A DNA stretch of 64,000 nt from Octopus vulgaris (taxonomy: Eukaryota). Within the stretch, counting starts at the first letter, position 1. Each line of letters begins with the position of its first letter. The stretch is from the NCBI GenBank assembly GCA_951406725.2, contig OX597815.1:171988001-172052000 (forward strand), read 5' to 3'. Below, in pieces: positions 13,034 to 27,020 of this stretch. A program made the translations under genes and the position numbers. The notes under the pieces are model-generated. The model saw only the letters and a list, made by a program, of their open reading frames with translations, searched no databases and was not told the origin of the DNA.

Positions 13034-16000
13034 GTAATAATTGAATTAATATATTTTGCACCTTATAGTGTTTTGTTATGCACATGATCCTCTGGTCTGT
13101 GGAAAAATTGCTGGCAACTGCTGCTTTAGAATATTTGATTTCTTCTCTCTAGATTCTGGATTTAAATCCTACACTTTTATTTTATTTTTTATTTATTTAT
13201 TTTCAGCTCACAAGCTGTGGCCATGCTGGGGCACCACCATTTAGATTATGTTCATTCTTGTAAAATTTATTCCTGGTCTTGCATCAAAACAAAAATAAAG
13301 ATAATGTTAAACGATCCTATCAATAAGGAGAGGGGATTCACACCAGTGATAAGGTCTGGTGCACAGTAAAGCTGTTGAGAGAAAGCCCCATAACATTATA
13401 CAATCTCTTGTGATTACTACAAGTCATCCTACTGCTGTCCAGTATATGGAGCTTTCAAATGGCAGTGCTTGCACAAACAAGCTGTTTGCAAGTGCTTATG
13501 ACTGTAGCTTTCAGGCAGAAGGAAAAAGTTATCAGGTGGTATCCAATTTTCCTTGGGTATTTCTATATTAAACTACAATATTCTTCTGTCAGCAGTTATA
13601 GCCAGTCACTGCTAATTTCTGGTTTCCAGTTCAACTCCCACTGCTTGTTCCAGAGCCCAACTAATCCATAACACTGTCTCATTTCGATATTTTAGTTGTT
13701 TTGATTCACATTTTACATACAAAATGTTTGATCATCACATTCGCAAGAATCATTAGTGAAAAACTGGATTTTAATAGAACCTCCAAAACTGTTAGGAGGA
13801 AAGGAGAAAGTTACCTTCATACAAGAAATGTGGCCCTGAATGCTTGCAACAACAAAGAATGTTGAACTGAGTAGTGTGTTAGAATAAAAGAGCAGTAGAA
13901 AAAAAGAAGGATAGTTTAATGATATCATTTATATAGAGAGATTCATAAAACTCTGAGACTATGGTAGTACTGACAGAGTAAACTGGAAGTTTAATCATAT
14001 GTTATGAATAAAATGTTTGCAGGCAAAGAGCTGATGGAGAGGGGAATAAAGATCTAGTCTTGTCATGCCTTCTGCTTCCATTTCATTAGGACTTTGGCAC
14101 TTCTAATGCAAATAAATCTCATATTAATATTTTCCTTTTATGTACCTTCCAAAGGTTTAGTATCAAATAAATACTGTTTAAAATAAATACTTTTTCAGTC
14201 AAAGAAAATAGGTACTTTTTTTAAGAAAAGGAAATACATAGCACATAGGTTTTATACAATTTAAAAACCAAAACGATGAATCCTTCTATAAACTACAAAA
14301 GTCTATAGAATGGTACTTATCTCCATTTACTGAAATGTTAGATAGAAAAGAAACTCATTTTTACTGGGAAAGGGAGGTTAGACAATCATAAGCAACTTAG
14401 AGAAGCTGCTGTCTAATCTGTAGCTGAATATACTAAGGTAAGTAGAATGAATTATTTCATAAGTAGAACATGATTTGGAAGTCTGATGACTTATGGAAAG
14501 ACTTTATAAGTTATCTATTTTTACAGAAATCTTAAACATTATCATAAATTATGAATAGTTTAAAGAAAGGTATTGCTTGTAAAACTCTGTTTAAACAGTT
14601 TAGAATTATAAAGTATGAAATCACTTAACAAAATCTTTTATTTTACAGGTAACTTCAAAGCTGATTTGCTTATAATATATATCATTATCTATTGGCCTCA
14701 TTCATAAACTACTTGAAAAGAAATTATAAATTCTATAAGATTAGATTAAATCACTTTTTAAGATTTATGATAATTATTGTTTTTCTTATAGCAACCTGTC
14801 AAACTTGTTCAAATTAACTTCCATGATTTTAACAAAGTTTTACAAATGAATATAAAAAAGTACTTTGTACTTGAAGTAAGTTTAATATTTTTAAAGAATA
14901 ATCTCTTAGTTTACAAGAACTGCTTGCTGAAACTGTAAAGATTATAGTTTTAAACATTAATTTCTTGTTTGAAGATTATAATATGATTTTGGTTAACTTA
15001 ATAATGTAAGTTTCACACATTTTTCAATATATTTTTGATAACAATAGTTGCTTATATTTTATTAAAACTACTCACCTGTACAATGATAGCAGCGTTTTTC
15101 TCGCACACACTCGCACTTACTAGCAAAATATCCTTTACAAAAACTTCTGGTTCTATATTGTTAGAGTTTGGTCTCCATAGAGATGAATAAAATATTACAC
15201 TACATCACATGATGGGGATAGGAATCATTTTGAAAGCAACTAACCATTAGAGGAAAATTTTAGAGATGCCCATTAGTTTAATTGTCCAGCTCTAGAGTCG
15301 GATTAGTTCTTGATCAAAAATAGTCAAGGAGAAAAACAATAACTAATTGAAGTAATTAGCTATTTTCCATTTCTCAAGAAACCAACTACATATAAAAAAC
15401 AATCAAAAACATATAACAACCATGACACATCTCTGTTGCACACATAAGCTTTCTTATAACTGATTGAACCAGCGCCTGTCTTCTTTCCTTCATGTTCCTC
15501 TGTCTTTTATCAGAAAACTAATCCGAGAAGTAGTTCTCAAAGGAAAGCAACATAACAATTAATAACCGTAAAGATGTAGAGACCTGCTAGACATTACTCA
15601 TAACAATTGGTAACATTGGTATTCTAATATCTATAAATTATTCATTAATCTAAGAAGTAATTACATTCATTTTTAAGGAAGCAATGATCTGACATTATCA
15701 GAATATCAGAAATAAAGCAAGCATTGATTTTAATTTTCTTATACAACAACCTAACTCCAACAGGCATCACAAAACCATTAAGCAACAAAAACAGGCACCC
15801 ATTTTGATAATTTACTCAGAAACTAGGCATTGCCCCTCTGCATGCACATGCATGTGCGCACACATGCACACACACATGCGTGCTCGCACACACATACACA
15901 CACACTAACTATTTCCTATATAAGTTGAGGTAGAACTGATTCAAACTTCCACTTTCCCTATACCTAGCATCATCGCATCATTGAAAAAGAAATATGCTTT

Positions 16001-17261
16001 AATATTTTAAGAAAATCTTAGTTGTGGTTCATAAAAGCAAAATTGGACAGTAAGAGTAGGACTGGATCTTGGCAAGTTTAGTTATCAACACTAAAAATGA
16101 TTGATAGTGCATGTGACTGATCATAACTTACACTGATGTTGTCTCAATATAATTTCTTTGTAGATCAAATCATCATAAATGTATTAAAGTATAATATCCA
16201 TGCATGAAACATACATTAAAGTATAATATCCAACATAGATTGTTGGGATAGTGCTTGACTCTAGTTTTAGTTCTCATGAACTGAAAGCAAGATAAACTCT
16301 CCCTTTGATAGAACACCATCTTAGGTTAATATAACCCCAATAAAGCCTAGTACATTCTATTCAGGACAACTAAAGGAAGTGAATTTTGTAGAATGATTTA
16401 CCCAGACACAACAAAAAGCTAGTAATGTTTAAATACTTGATGTAGGAGATAGTTGTCCAATCCTTTAGCCATAGGCCATTTACCTCTTCTCATTCATGTA
16501 AAGTATTTAGTGACTAATTAACAAAGTTTAAATAATTGTTGATATCATTAACTGAGTTATTCTTTTGACAATTAGAATGATATATTTAAACAACACAATA
16601 TATTAAAACAATACAAATTGTTCATTGTGATTTATGGCTGCTCTTCTATGTTAACATGGGTTAGATAAATACATTACTGAGGTATTGTTTTACAGCCGGA
16701 TGTTCTTGACATTAACATTACCTGTTTTACAAGTAAGAGATATTTTATTCCATGTGCCTTCAAAGGCACAAAATGAGCAGGTGTTTTATTGACAGGAGAA
16801 ATGCCAACAGAACACTATGTAAAGGCTGTGACTTTCAAATAAGTAAGTGGTAAGTAAGCACATAGACAAACACACTTGTATGCACATGCACATGCACACA
16901 CACACATACAAACATATATAATATGACAGGCTTGTTTTGCAGTTTCCATCTACCAGCTCCATTTACAAAACTTTGGTCAACCTAGGGCTATTGTAGAAGA
17001 CACTTGCCCAAAGTGCTGTATAGTAAGACTGATGAAACAATGTAGTCGGAAATAAACTTTTTAATCACAAGAAATTATTCATTCAAAACTTTGTATTTCT
17101 TTATTATGTATTGAAGTTAATATTTCTAAAGTGACAGAAGTGTTAGAACACTAAAAATAGTTTGAATAATATCCAGGTTTATCCCTCTATATTCAGAGTT
17201 TCAAATCCAGTGGAAGCTGACTTTATCATTCATCTCTCTGGGATTGGCAAAATTAATCTTT

Positions 17262-17470
17262 TCTACTCTAGGCACAAGGCCCGAAATTTTTGGGGAGTGG
17301 GCCAGTCAATTAGATTGACCCCTGTATGCAACTGGTGCTTAATTTATCGACCCCGAAAGGATGAAAGGCAAAGTCGACCTCGGCAGAATTTGAACTCAGA
17401 ATGTAGTGGGAGACGAAATACCGCTAAGTATTTTGCCCGGCATGTTAATGTTTCTGCCACCTTACCGCCT
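17262..17470 (-). mobile_element. SINE family B copy
   Basis: Reverse complement of the family B body. Confidence 0.8.
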
Positions 17471-18869
17471 TATGAATATCACTCATACACTAGTACCACT
17501 TCTGTATGGTATCTTGATTAAGTGTCCTTTGTCATAACCTTTGTGACAAAGGACATAAAAGCTTTGTGAGCGAAATCTGATAGATGGAAACTGCGTGGAT
17601 CATATGTCAGAGGGACCATACTTATTCTTGGGTAGGAAACTTAATTCATTGCTTGGTTTAATATTACCACCTGGCCCACCTGTTAAACTTAATTCATTGC
17701 TTGGAAATATTGTGTGTGAAGCACACTGTTGTAAATATTGGGGATCTGCAGTCTGCAGATCACTTTTTCCCACAAGTTACAAAGTCCCTAAAAGCAGTCA
17801 TGGGTGCTTCCTTTGACTACATCATATGCTTTGTTTTGTTTTTTTTTTGACATATTTCAGCAAGGGTTAGTTTGCCTTTCATTTATCCTTATTTTGTTTT
17901 GTCCCTTAACATTGTAACACTGCTAAAAACTGAACTTTGCAATTCATTTGTATTACATTTCTAACAAAATTGTCTATGTAGTTCATCCAGGCATTTCTAA
18001 GTTTACCTGTTTTTCAGAGATCCTGCAGGTTGTTGCTTACTGTTCTGGGTGACCCATAAATGTAATGAGGTCATTATAGTGAGTTACTGGGAAACAAAAA
18101 CAGATGTGCAATCTCTTATCTAAAACCTTTGAAACCAAACACATTTCAGAATTTCAAATGTTTTTCTATATTTTTGAAATCACAGCACAGTACATATCCT
18201 TTATCATGAGCCATGGTTCCCAGGAATAGCTTAGGTCAACCCTGCCCCAACTTTGAAAACAAAATTCAGATTTGTATGCATTTCAATCAAAGGTTGAACT
18301 TCAGTTTCAAGTCCATAGAGATATTTTCATCAACCGTTGTTAATATTTTTTAGGATCATAGCAACAGTAAGGAGTTGTTTAATCTGCATTGTAAATTTGT
18401 TTTGGATTAACATTTTCATTAGATACCATCTTGGTAAATTTATCAGTGTAACTTTCAGCTGCATCAAATCAGCAGATGCTTTTCCACCACAGATTTTCAG
18501 GCATTTTACATTATGACATTTCTTAAAATTTCTGCTGCCAACTTCCTGCCACCTTCAATGTTTAGTTCTTCAAGGTATTTTCTAGCTTATTTCATATCCA
18601 TCAATCCCCAGACAGTGACATATGTTCAGTTCTTTGCTACTGAACCAATTCAATCTACACACAGTCAAGATCTTCATTGTTTGCCCTCTGCAATGTTTTC
18701 CAATTTTTCATTAGTTACAACTTTACCAACTTATCTCATTGTTTCTTAATGTCATACGCTGTGGTAGTTCTCACACTATAATCTTCTGTTAGACACTGTA
18801 GAGATACACTATGGTCAAGCTTCTGCAGCAAATCTACTTATTATGCTATTGACAATGACAGACATTTCT

Positions 18870-19177
18870 TTTTGTGATACCTGTGCCAGTGGCACATAAA
18901 AAGTACCATCCAAATGTGGCTGATGCCAGTGCCGCCTCGACTGGTAAAAAGCACCAACTGATCATGGCTGTTGCCAGCCTCCCCTGGCACCTGTGCTGGT
19001 GGCACGTAAAAAGCACCCACTACACTCACGGAATGGTTGGCATTAGGAAGGGTATCCAGCTGTAGAAACACTGCCAGATCAGACTGGAGCCTGGTGCAGC
19101 CTCTTGGCTTCCCAGACCCCAGTCGAACCGTCCAACCTATGCTAGCATGGAAAACGGACGTTAAACGATGATGATGT
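18870..19177 (+). mobile_element. RTE-family 3' UTR copy
   Basis: GTTGGCATTAGGAAGGG.ATCCAGCTGTAGAAAC...GTTAAACGATGATG, shared with 30410-31345. Confidence 0.8.
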
Positions 19178-20459
19178 TACCCATACAGAAATCTGCAGCT
19201 CTTTTTAACATTTTTAAACATTTTTAGTCCTCAAAGTTACAAAAATCATTAAAAAGATATATATCAGCAAGCAGCAGAGACACATCTAACTGGGAGGATT
19301 GTTGAGATACAAATAGTATGGGTTGAGTGTGGCTCATGCCCTGACATATTTGGTGCCAAATGTGGAGTGTGGCGTAAGTGTAGTGTAGGTTTCATGTGGT
19401 CATGTTTGACAAGCTCTATGAAAAAAAATTGCATTTTTGGAATTTTGAATAAAAGATTGTGTACCTGTATATTATCAGTGAGGAAGCATGGCCTAATGGT
19501 TAGAATGTGCTCTGCAATCACTTCAAAACCTGATTCCTGGTACACCATGCACCTGTTCAGGCAACATCCATTTTATGGAGGGAGTGAGCTAAAGTAGAGC
19601 ACATACATTTGATCACTATAAATAAATTATTTGTACAGGTTGTTTGGCAAAAACTGAACAGTCACACATCATCTTCAATGGGAGATTCCATCATATGGTC
19701 CATTGTAGAAATATCAAATATGGTTGTCTTGACCAATTCCATCATGATAGTGTGATCAGGAAGTCTGCAGTAAAGTGAAACAAACATATACATGTATATT
19801 AAAACTGCTGTATTATATCTTTATAATTATAAATAACAGAGAACAGGTAAATTTGAACAGGAGCATATGAAAGGCAAGCCAAGCAACTATGTTAAAATGT
19901 CATCAACTTTTCTCTCTGTAAGCTATCAACTATGGTCACATTTGTAGAATTGACACTTTATGAATACTTTAGATGCTGCGTTGGAAATTGAGACGTTCCT
20001 ACCATTTACAAAGTATTTGCAAACGGGTACTAATTATCTAAGAAAGTTAAGTAAAATGATTTTAGTCAGGATCCAAAAGATTTAGTTCACTAGAAACTTT
20101 ACCATTTGAGAAAAATTTGGTTTTTTTCTCAATTTTTTTTTAATATTATTTCTTTCACATCAATTATGTTGAATAATTAAAGAAGATTTTACAAGTTTTT
20201 TGATTTAAAACAATTTGTATTCATGACTGGATCTATTGTAATTTCTGATTTGGGTCTGCAATGAGAATATGATTATTTCATGGATATAGTCACAGCTGCG
20301 GCTGTGTGGTTGAGAAGCTTTTATTGCAAACATCAGGTCTTGGGTTCAGTCTCACTGTGTGGCACCTTGGGTAAGTGTCTTCTACTATAGCCTTGGGCCA
20401 ACCAAAGCCTTGTGCGCAGATTTGGTAGACAGAAAATGAAAGAAGCCTGTTGTGTATGT

Positions 20460-20808
20460 GAATTGAACCAGCCAGGATCCCTGGTCTGGTGGTACGTAAA
20501 AAGCACTATCCGACTCGTGGCCGATGCCAGCGCCGCCTCGACTGGCTTCCGTGCCAGTGGCACATAAAATACACCAATCCAACCGTGGCCGTTGCCAGCC
20601 TCGCTTTGCACCTGTGCAGGTGGCACGTAAAAAGCACCCACTACACTCACGGAGTGGTTGGCGTTAGGAAGGGCATCCAGCTGTAGAAACATTGCCAGAT
20701 AAGACTGGAGCCTGGTGCAGCCTTCTGGCTTCCCAGATCCCCGGTCAAACCGTCCAACCCATGCTAGCATGGAGAACGGACGTTAAACGGTGATGATGAT
20801 GATGATGA
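20460..20808 (+). mobile_element. RTE-family 3' UTR copy nested in a SINE
   Basis: Same 3' UTR and (GAT)n tail. Confidence 0.8.
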
Positions 20809-20888
20809 TATATATATATATATACATACATCTGTGTGTATACATGTGTGTGTGTATATATGTGTGTGTGTGTGTATACATATATATA

Positions 20889-22274
20889 TTGGGTCATCCC
20901 ATAAATAATGCGGTTTTTTTCAAATGCATGAACTAAAAGTCAGAGTGGGATGGGATAAACTACCTGCATCAACTTGCTATAAAAGTAGGTAGTAATTTTA
21001 CCTTGTGCTTATTCTTAGGGCAAATTTTGAAGAGTTCTATTTTAACAGTTCTTTTCTGGAAATAACAAGGGAGCATATTCGGCATATTTTACTTTATGAG
21101 TTCAATAAAGGCAACAACACAAAGTAAAGTGCGAGGAATATTAATGCAGTATATGGGGATCAGACAATAAGTGTAAGCCAGTGTCAACAGTGGTTCCAGA
21201 AATTCCAAGCTGGAAACTACAGCCTAGAAGACGAGCCTTGTCCTGGAAGATCTGTAGAGCTCGACGAGGATGTCCTGCAAACCCTGGTGGAACAAAATCC
21301 CATCGTAACTGTTGAGGAACTAGCAGAGAAGCTTAGATGTGGTCATTCAACCATTCATCAACACCTGCATGCCATCAGAAAGTCAGCAAATTGGGTCAAT
21401 GGGTCCCTCACATACTTTCCAAGTCTAATCGCACACAGAGAGTGAATGTGTGTTCTTCTTTGCTGTCACATCTCACAAATGAACCTTTTTTGGACCGAAT
21501 AGTAACTGGTGACAAGAAATGGGTTCTCTATAAAAGTGTCAAGTGCCAAAGACAGTGGGCAGAGAAAAGAGAAACACTGGCATCCCAGGCTAAAGAAGGT
21601 CTTCACCCACATAAGATGTTATCTGTTTGGTGGGATATGAAAGGTTCCACTTTGTTATCATTTGGTTTGGGTTTAAAAGTTCAAAGTGGAACCTTTCATA
21701 TCCCACCAAACAGATAACATCTTATGTGGGTGAAGACCTTCTTTAGCCTGGGATGCCAGTGTTTCTCTTTTCTCTGCCCACTGTCTTTGGCACTTGACAC
21801 TTTTTTGTCACCAGTTACTATTAAACCCAAACCAAATGATAACAAAGGAAATCTACTGTGTGCAATTGAGTTAATGCTAGAAAGAAAACGACCATCTCTG
21901 GTTTTTCAAGATGAAAGGTGTTCTTCAATCAGGAAAATGCTCAACCACAAATAGCAAGGAAGACATTCCAAAGGCTGGAGCAGTTTGAATGGGAAAATGC
22001 CCTACCCACCATATTGCCCCATCTGATTATCATTTATTGTGCAGTCTTCAAAATTATTTGAATTCTGTAGACAAGATCAGAACAGTACTGGAGGAGTATT
22101 TTCTGTCATGGACAAGTGAATTTTAGAGAAGGGGCCTTGCAAGTCTACTGGATAGATGGAAGAGCATTGTAGAAAATGAAGGAGAGTATATTTTAGATTA
22201 AAAAAGAACTTTGTTTATCTAAATTTTGAAAAATAAAAGTATAAAAAAGCCACATTATTTGTGTGATGACCCAA
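20889..22274 (+). mobile_element. Decayed mariner (Tc1/mariner) DNA transposon
   Basis: TIRs TTGGGTCATCCCATAAATAATGCGG / CCACATTATTTGTGTGATGACCCAA in a TA context. Transposase remnants 'KLGQWVPHILS', 'FLDRIVTGDKKWVLY' and 'LSVWWD' with frameshifts. Confidence 0.9.
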
Positions 22275-22789
22275 CATATATAAGTATATATCTATGTGTG
22301 TGTATCTTTGTGTCTGCATTTATCCCCCATTACCGCTTGATAACTGGTGTTGGTGTGTTTATGTCCCCATAACTTAGCAGTTGACAAAATAGAGACAGAA
22401 TAAGCACTAGACTTAAAAAATAAGTCCTGGGCTCAATTTATTTGACTAAAATCTTCAAAGTGGTGCTTCAGTATGGCCACAGTCAAATGACTAAAACAAG
22501 AATAAAAATAAAGGAATATATATATATAATACATGGATATGTATGCATGTGTGTGTTATGTGTACCTTTGTCTAAACATCACACAATGGTTGTAAATGAG
22601 TGTCGTTGTCATACAAGTGAGGTTGACCATTTCCAGTCCTCTGTGAAAAAGGGGAAAATGTTACCTTGCTTCGAAACAGATGAAGGTTGACAACAGGAAG
22701 AACACACAACTGTAGAAAAATCTGCCTCAATAAAACTCCGTCTGACCCATGGAAGCATGGAAAGTGACCATTAAATCATGTTGAGGACA

Positions 22790-22820
<31 letters not shown>

Positions 22821-23227
22821 CGACGACGACGACGATGATGACGATGATGACGATGATGATGATGAGGATGATGATGATGATAACTCTGTCATCTCTCCAG
22901 CAAGCTAAATTTTGTGAGAATTCAATAATGTACTATTGAGTTCTTAATAAAGGTTAAGAAATGTGAAGTATAACTATTTTTATGTAATTACATCTCACTG
23001 GAAAGATTCTCTGATATAAATCAATATATGTATTTTCTTTTTCTTTTCTTCACGTCACTCGATCTGCTAGAAATAGCAGTCGAATCTTCAAATTACATTA
23101 GTCTAGAATAAATATTTGTCTTGTGTCTTCTGATACTCAATCCTTTATTATTTACAGTTACAATGGGGCATTATATTCTAGACATGTGAGTAACACACAT
23201 TCAAAACAATAGAGTTTCAAGAAATAA

Positions 23228-23706
23228 TGTGTGTGTGTGTGAGAGAGTGTGTGTGCGTGAGTGTGTATATGTGAGTGTGTGTGTGTGTGTTTGTGGTGTG
23301 TGTGTGTGTGAGAGAGAGAGTGTGTGTGTGTGTGTGTGTTTGTGGTGTGTGTGTGTGTGTGGTGTGAGTGTAAATGTGCATATATGTATATGTGTATGTG
23401 TGTTTGTGTCTGTGTATATGTTTGTGAAGGTAGATATACATACATAATATACACACATACTTACATACATACAAATATATATATACACATACATACATAC
23501 ATATGTGCATACATACCTGCAGATATACATACATGCATACATACATGCATACATACATACATAAATGCATACAAACATACATACATACATACATACATAC
23601 ATACATGCATACACACATACATAAATACACACATACATACATACATACATATATACATACATACATACATACATATATACATACATACATACATACATTC
23701 ATACAT
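23228..23706. repeat. (TG)n followed by (CATA)n compound microsatellite
   Basis: Direct reading. This explains the spurious MYVC and HT ORFs. Confidence 0.96.
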
Positions 23707-23996
23707 TTGTTACATAGTGGGTGAAGTGCCAAGCAATCCAAGTGGAAGGAGCCTGTAGCAGAGGAAATTGTATTAAAAACTAGTGAAAGCTGATCTTAAG
23801 AAACAGAAGAGACTGTAACAAATGGTGAGGCTTTGTGCTAGAGAAGATCAGTCTAAACTATGTATCATTATCATCAGCATTGTAACACCTACTCTTCTAT
23901 GCTTGCATGGATTGGACAGAATTCATCAAGGCAGAATTTCTAATGCCAGGTACCAACCCTTGCCTGTTTCAAGTAAGGCATTATTTTCCCATAAAA

Positions 23997-24207
23997 GGCG
24001 GCAAGCTGGCAGAAATGTTAGCATGCCAGGCGAAATGCGTAGCCGTATTTCATCTGCCGTTACTTTCTGAGTTCAAATTCTGCCGAGGTCGACTTTGCCT
24101 TTCATCCTTTCGGGGTCGATTAAATATGTACCAGTTATGCACTGGGGTCGATATAATCGACTTAATCCGTTTGTCTGTCCTTGTTTGTCCCCTTGTGGGT
24201 AGTAAAG
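23997..24207 (+). mobile_element. SINE family B (~210 bp)
   Basis: GGCGGCAAGCTGGCAGAA...GAGTTCAAATTC (B-box)...GACTTTGCCTTTCATCCTTTCGGGGTCGAT. Many copies in the window. Confidence 0.85.
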
Positions 24208-24399
24208 ATATTGGTAATATTTTCCCATGATCAGCCATATTTTCACAGATGATTGCAAGTGAAAGGCATTGCTTTTATGAAGGTGACACACATTAACAAC
24301 TAACATCAAAACAAGGAGACACTAACACTTGTACATACACACATACATACACTATCTAGCTAGCTAGCTATCCATCTGACTGTCTATCTATCCATCTAA

Positions 24400-24474
<75 letters not shown>

Positions 24475-24701
24475 CACACACTACCCACCCACCCACACAC
24501 ACATGCACACATTCGTTTTTGGAACAGTGAATCACAAAGTGCATAAAGCTATAAATAGCAGTGTGCAAATATATGGTTGACCAGAAGAAGTTGAAGGCTG
24601 CTTTATTTGCTTTGAGATTCATTATTTTAAAGAAGAATTATAATATGTGCTCCTGATGTTTTTAAACTTCTTATGGCATCAACAACAACACACATACACA
24701 C

Positions 24702-24734
<33 letters not shown>

Positions 24735-24736
<2 letters not shown>

Positions 24737-27017
24737 CGGGAAGCTTTATGAAAATAAACAAAAGACGAAGGCAGGTGGAAAACAAACGAACAATTGTATT
24801 AGTATGGCGCTCAGGAAATATAAATAAAACAAGTCTTTAACGTTTCGAGCCTACGCTCTTCAACAGAAAGATACACAGAGAGAAAAAACACAGAAAGAAG
24901 GAGAGAAAAAAAATGCGTGCAGTAGCTAACGAATCAACATGGCGATCTGATTTCGGCCAGAGGTCAAAGATCAAACATGAGACGCGAGAGCGAAATAAGG
25001 GGAGATAATAGGGTTGATAAAAGGGTTGAGGGACCAGCTAAAAGTGCGTGGGAGGGGTCTGGATGTGTGTATGTATAGGGTTGGTGTATGTATTAGTATG
25101 TATAAGGGTGTGTGTGTGTGTGTGTGTGTGTATGAGAGAGTATTAGTGCGTAAGATTGGTCTGGACGTGCGTATGTATGGGGTTGGTGTATGTATTAGTA
25201 TGTATTAGTATGTATTAGTACGTATTGGTATGTATAGGTGTGTGTGTGTGTGTGTGAGAGAGTATAAGTGCGTATGCGGGGTCTGGACGTGTGTATGTAT
25301 AGGGTTGGTGTAAGTATTAGTATGTACTGGTATGTATTAGTACATATTAGTATGTATTAGTTGGTGTGTGTATTAGTATGGCACATCATATGTGATGTGA
25401 TGTGTAAAGTCATGTGGTGTAGTGAGGAGAAGAGGGGAGGGGGGAGAAGAGGGGGAGAGAAGGGGGAAGAGGAGAGGATGGGGGAGAAGGAAGGGGAGGA
25501 GGGGGATGAAGGAGGAAAGAGGGAGAGGGGGAGAGAGGGAGTGAGGGAGCAGAGGGAAGGGGAAGAGGGAGGGAGAAAGAGGGAAGAAGGGAAGGGGAGT
25601 AGGGGTGAAAGGATGAAGGACTGTAGAAGTAGGGGTCGGGGGAGAAAGGATAGGTGAGGAGGGGGGGAGGGGGGTTAGATGAGGAGGGGGGGAGAGTTGA
25701 GACCAAATGGCGTATAAGAGCGAAGAGAGAAGATTAATTCCTGTTCACGGCGCAAACGGGAATCCGGATGGCCTCTGTGTAAGGACAAACCGAACACAGA
25801 TAGGTGTTGCAAGGAGTGACCGGTGGAGCGGAAATGGCGTGAGACCGGTGTGTCGTTCGCAAGGTGGATGTCACGAAGGTGTTCCGCGAACCGGTCAGCC
25901 AAGCGGCGTCCCGTTTGTCCGATATACAAGGAATTGCAGAGAGAGCAAGAGATGCAATAGATAATATTGCTGGAGGTGCAGGTGAAGGAGTGGATGATGG
26001 GATAGGGTCGATGGTGGGTGCTAGTGAGGCGGGTGGTGTTGGAGAGGTAAGGGCAAGTGCGGCAACGTGGGCGGGAGCAGGGGAACGAGCCGGGTTGGGA
26101 GGTAGGGTCAGGGAAGGAGCTATGGACCAAAAGGTCTCGAAGGTTGTGGGCTCGTTTGGAAGAGGGGAGGGGTCGGTTAGGGAAGAGGTGTGAAGTGGAC
26201 GGGTCGGACTGGAGATGACGGAAAGCTCGAAGAATGGTGCGTTGGAGACGTAGGGTCGTGGGGTGGTAAGTGAGGGGAAAAGGGAGGCGGGAGACTACAG
26301 GGCGGGTTCGGGGAGAGAGAGCAGATACACGGTCCACGGACCGTGCTCTGGCAAGGGCGGTGTGGATAGTGGTGAGGGGGTATCCACGTAGGGTGAAGTG
26401 GTGAGCCATACGTTGAGACTGAGTCTCAAAGTCATGGTCGTCACTACAGAGCCTACGTAGACGGAGGAATTGGGAATAGGGGATGGAAAGCTTGGTGTGT
26501 TCTGGGTGGGAGGAAGAGAAGTTGAGGTATGAGTGTGAGTCTGTGTGTTTGTAGTGAATGGAGGTGGTAAGAGTGGAGTGAAGAATGCTAACCGAAATGT
26601 CGAGGAAGGAGACAGAGGTGTTGGAGATAGTGGAAGTGAAGTGGAGGGCTGGATGGAAAGATTGGACGAAAGAGAGGAAGGAATCTAGATGTTCGCGGGA
26701 GAGTGAGGTGGCACCGATAATGTCGTCAATATAACGACCATATAGTTCAGGAGTGGGACCAGTGAAATTAGAGAATATTTGGGCCTCAACATAGCCAACG
26801 AACAGGTTCGCATAGTTGGGGCCCATTCGCGTTCCCATGGCCACTCCCGAGACCTGATGGTAGAACTCGCCCGCGAACGAGAAGCAGTTCAGAGTAAGGA
26901 CAAGTTCGGCCAGACGAATGAGTGTGGAGGTGTCAGGTACAGGGTTAGAGCGGAGGTCAAGAAAGTGTCGAAGGGCCTGCAGTCCTTCGTGGTGAGGGAT
27001 AACAGTATAGAGGCTTT

Positions 27018-27020
<3 letters not shown>
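24735..27020 (-). mobile_element. 5'-truncated Penelope-like retroelement (Neptune-type) inserted in a (TA)n tract
   Basis: RT plus GIY-YIG ORF, GC-rich relative to the flanks, (TA)n on both sides, and a hammerhead-like motif in its 3' region. Confidence 0.92.
24833..24872 (-). ncRNA. Hammerhead-like motif of the Penelope element (variant core CUGUUGA)
   Basis: Minus strand reads TCTTT-CTGTTGAA-GAGC gtag GCTC-GAAAC-GTT-AAAGA. This is the layout of minimal PLE hammerheads, but with U at core position 6. Confidence 0.65.

Noticed and set aside
14479-14505. CTGATGA...GAAA hammerhead-like string
   Set aside because: No real stem II or stem III, and no UH triplet.
23158-23758. Many overlapping long ORFs (MYVC, HTHT, CVCV)
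   Set aside because: They are translations of (TG)n and (CATA)n microsatellites.
25361-26193. Plus-strand ORFs over the Penelope element
   Set aside because: Antisense or low-complexity shadows of the minus-strand RT/EN ORF and the purine tract.
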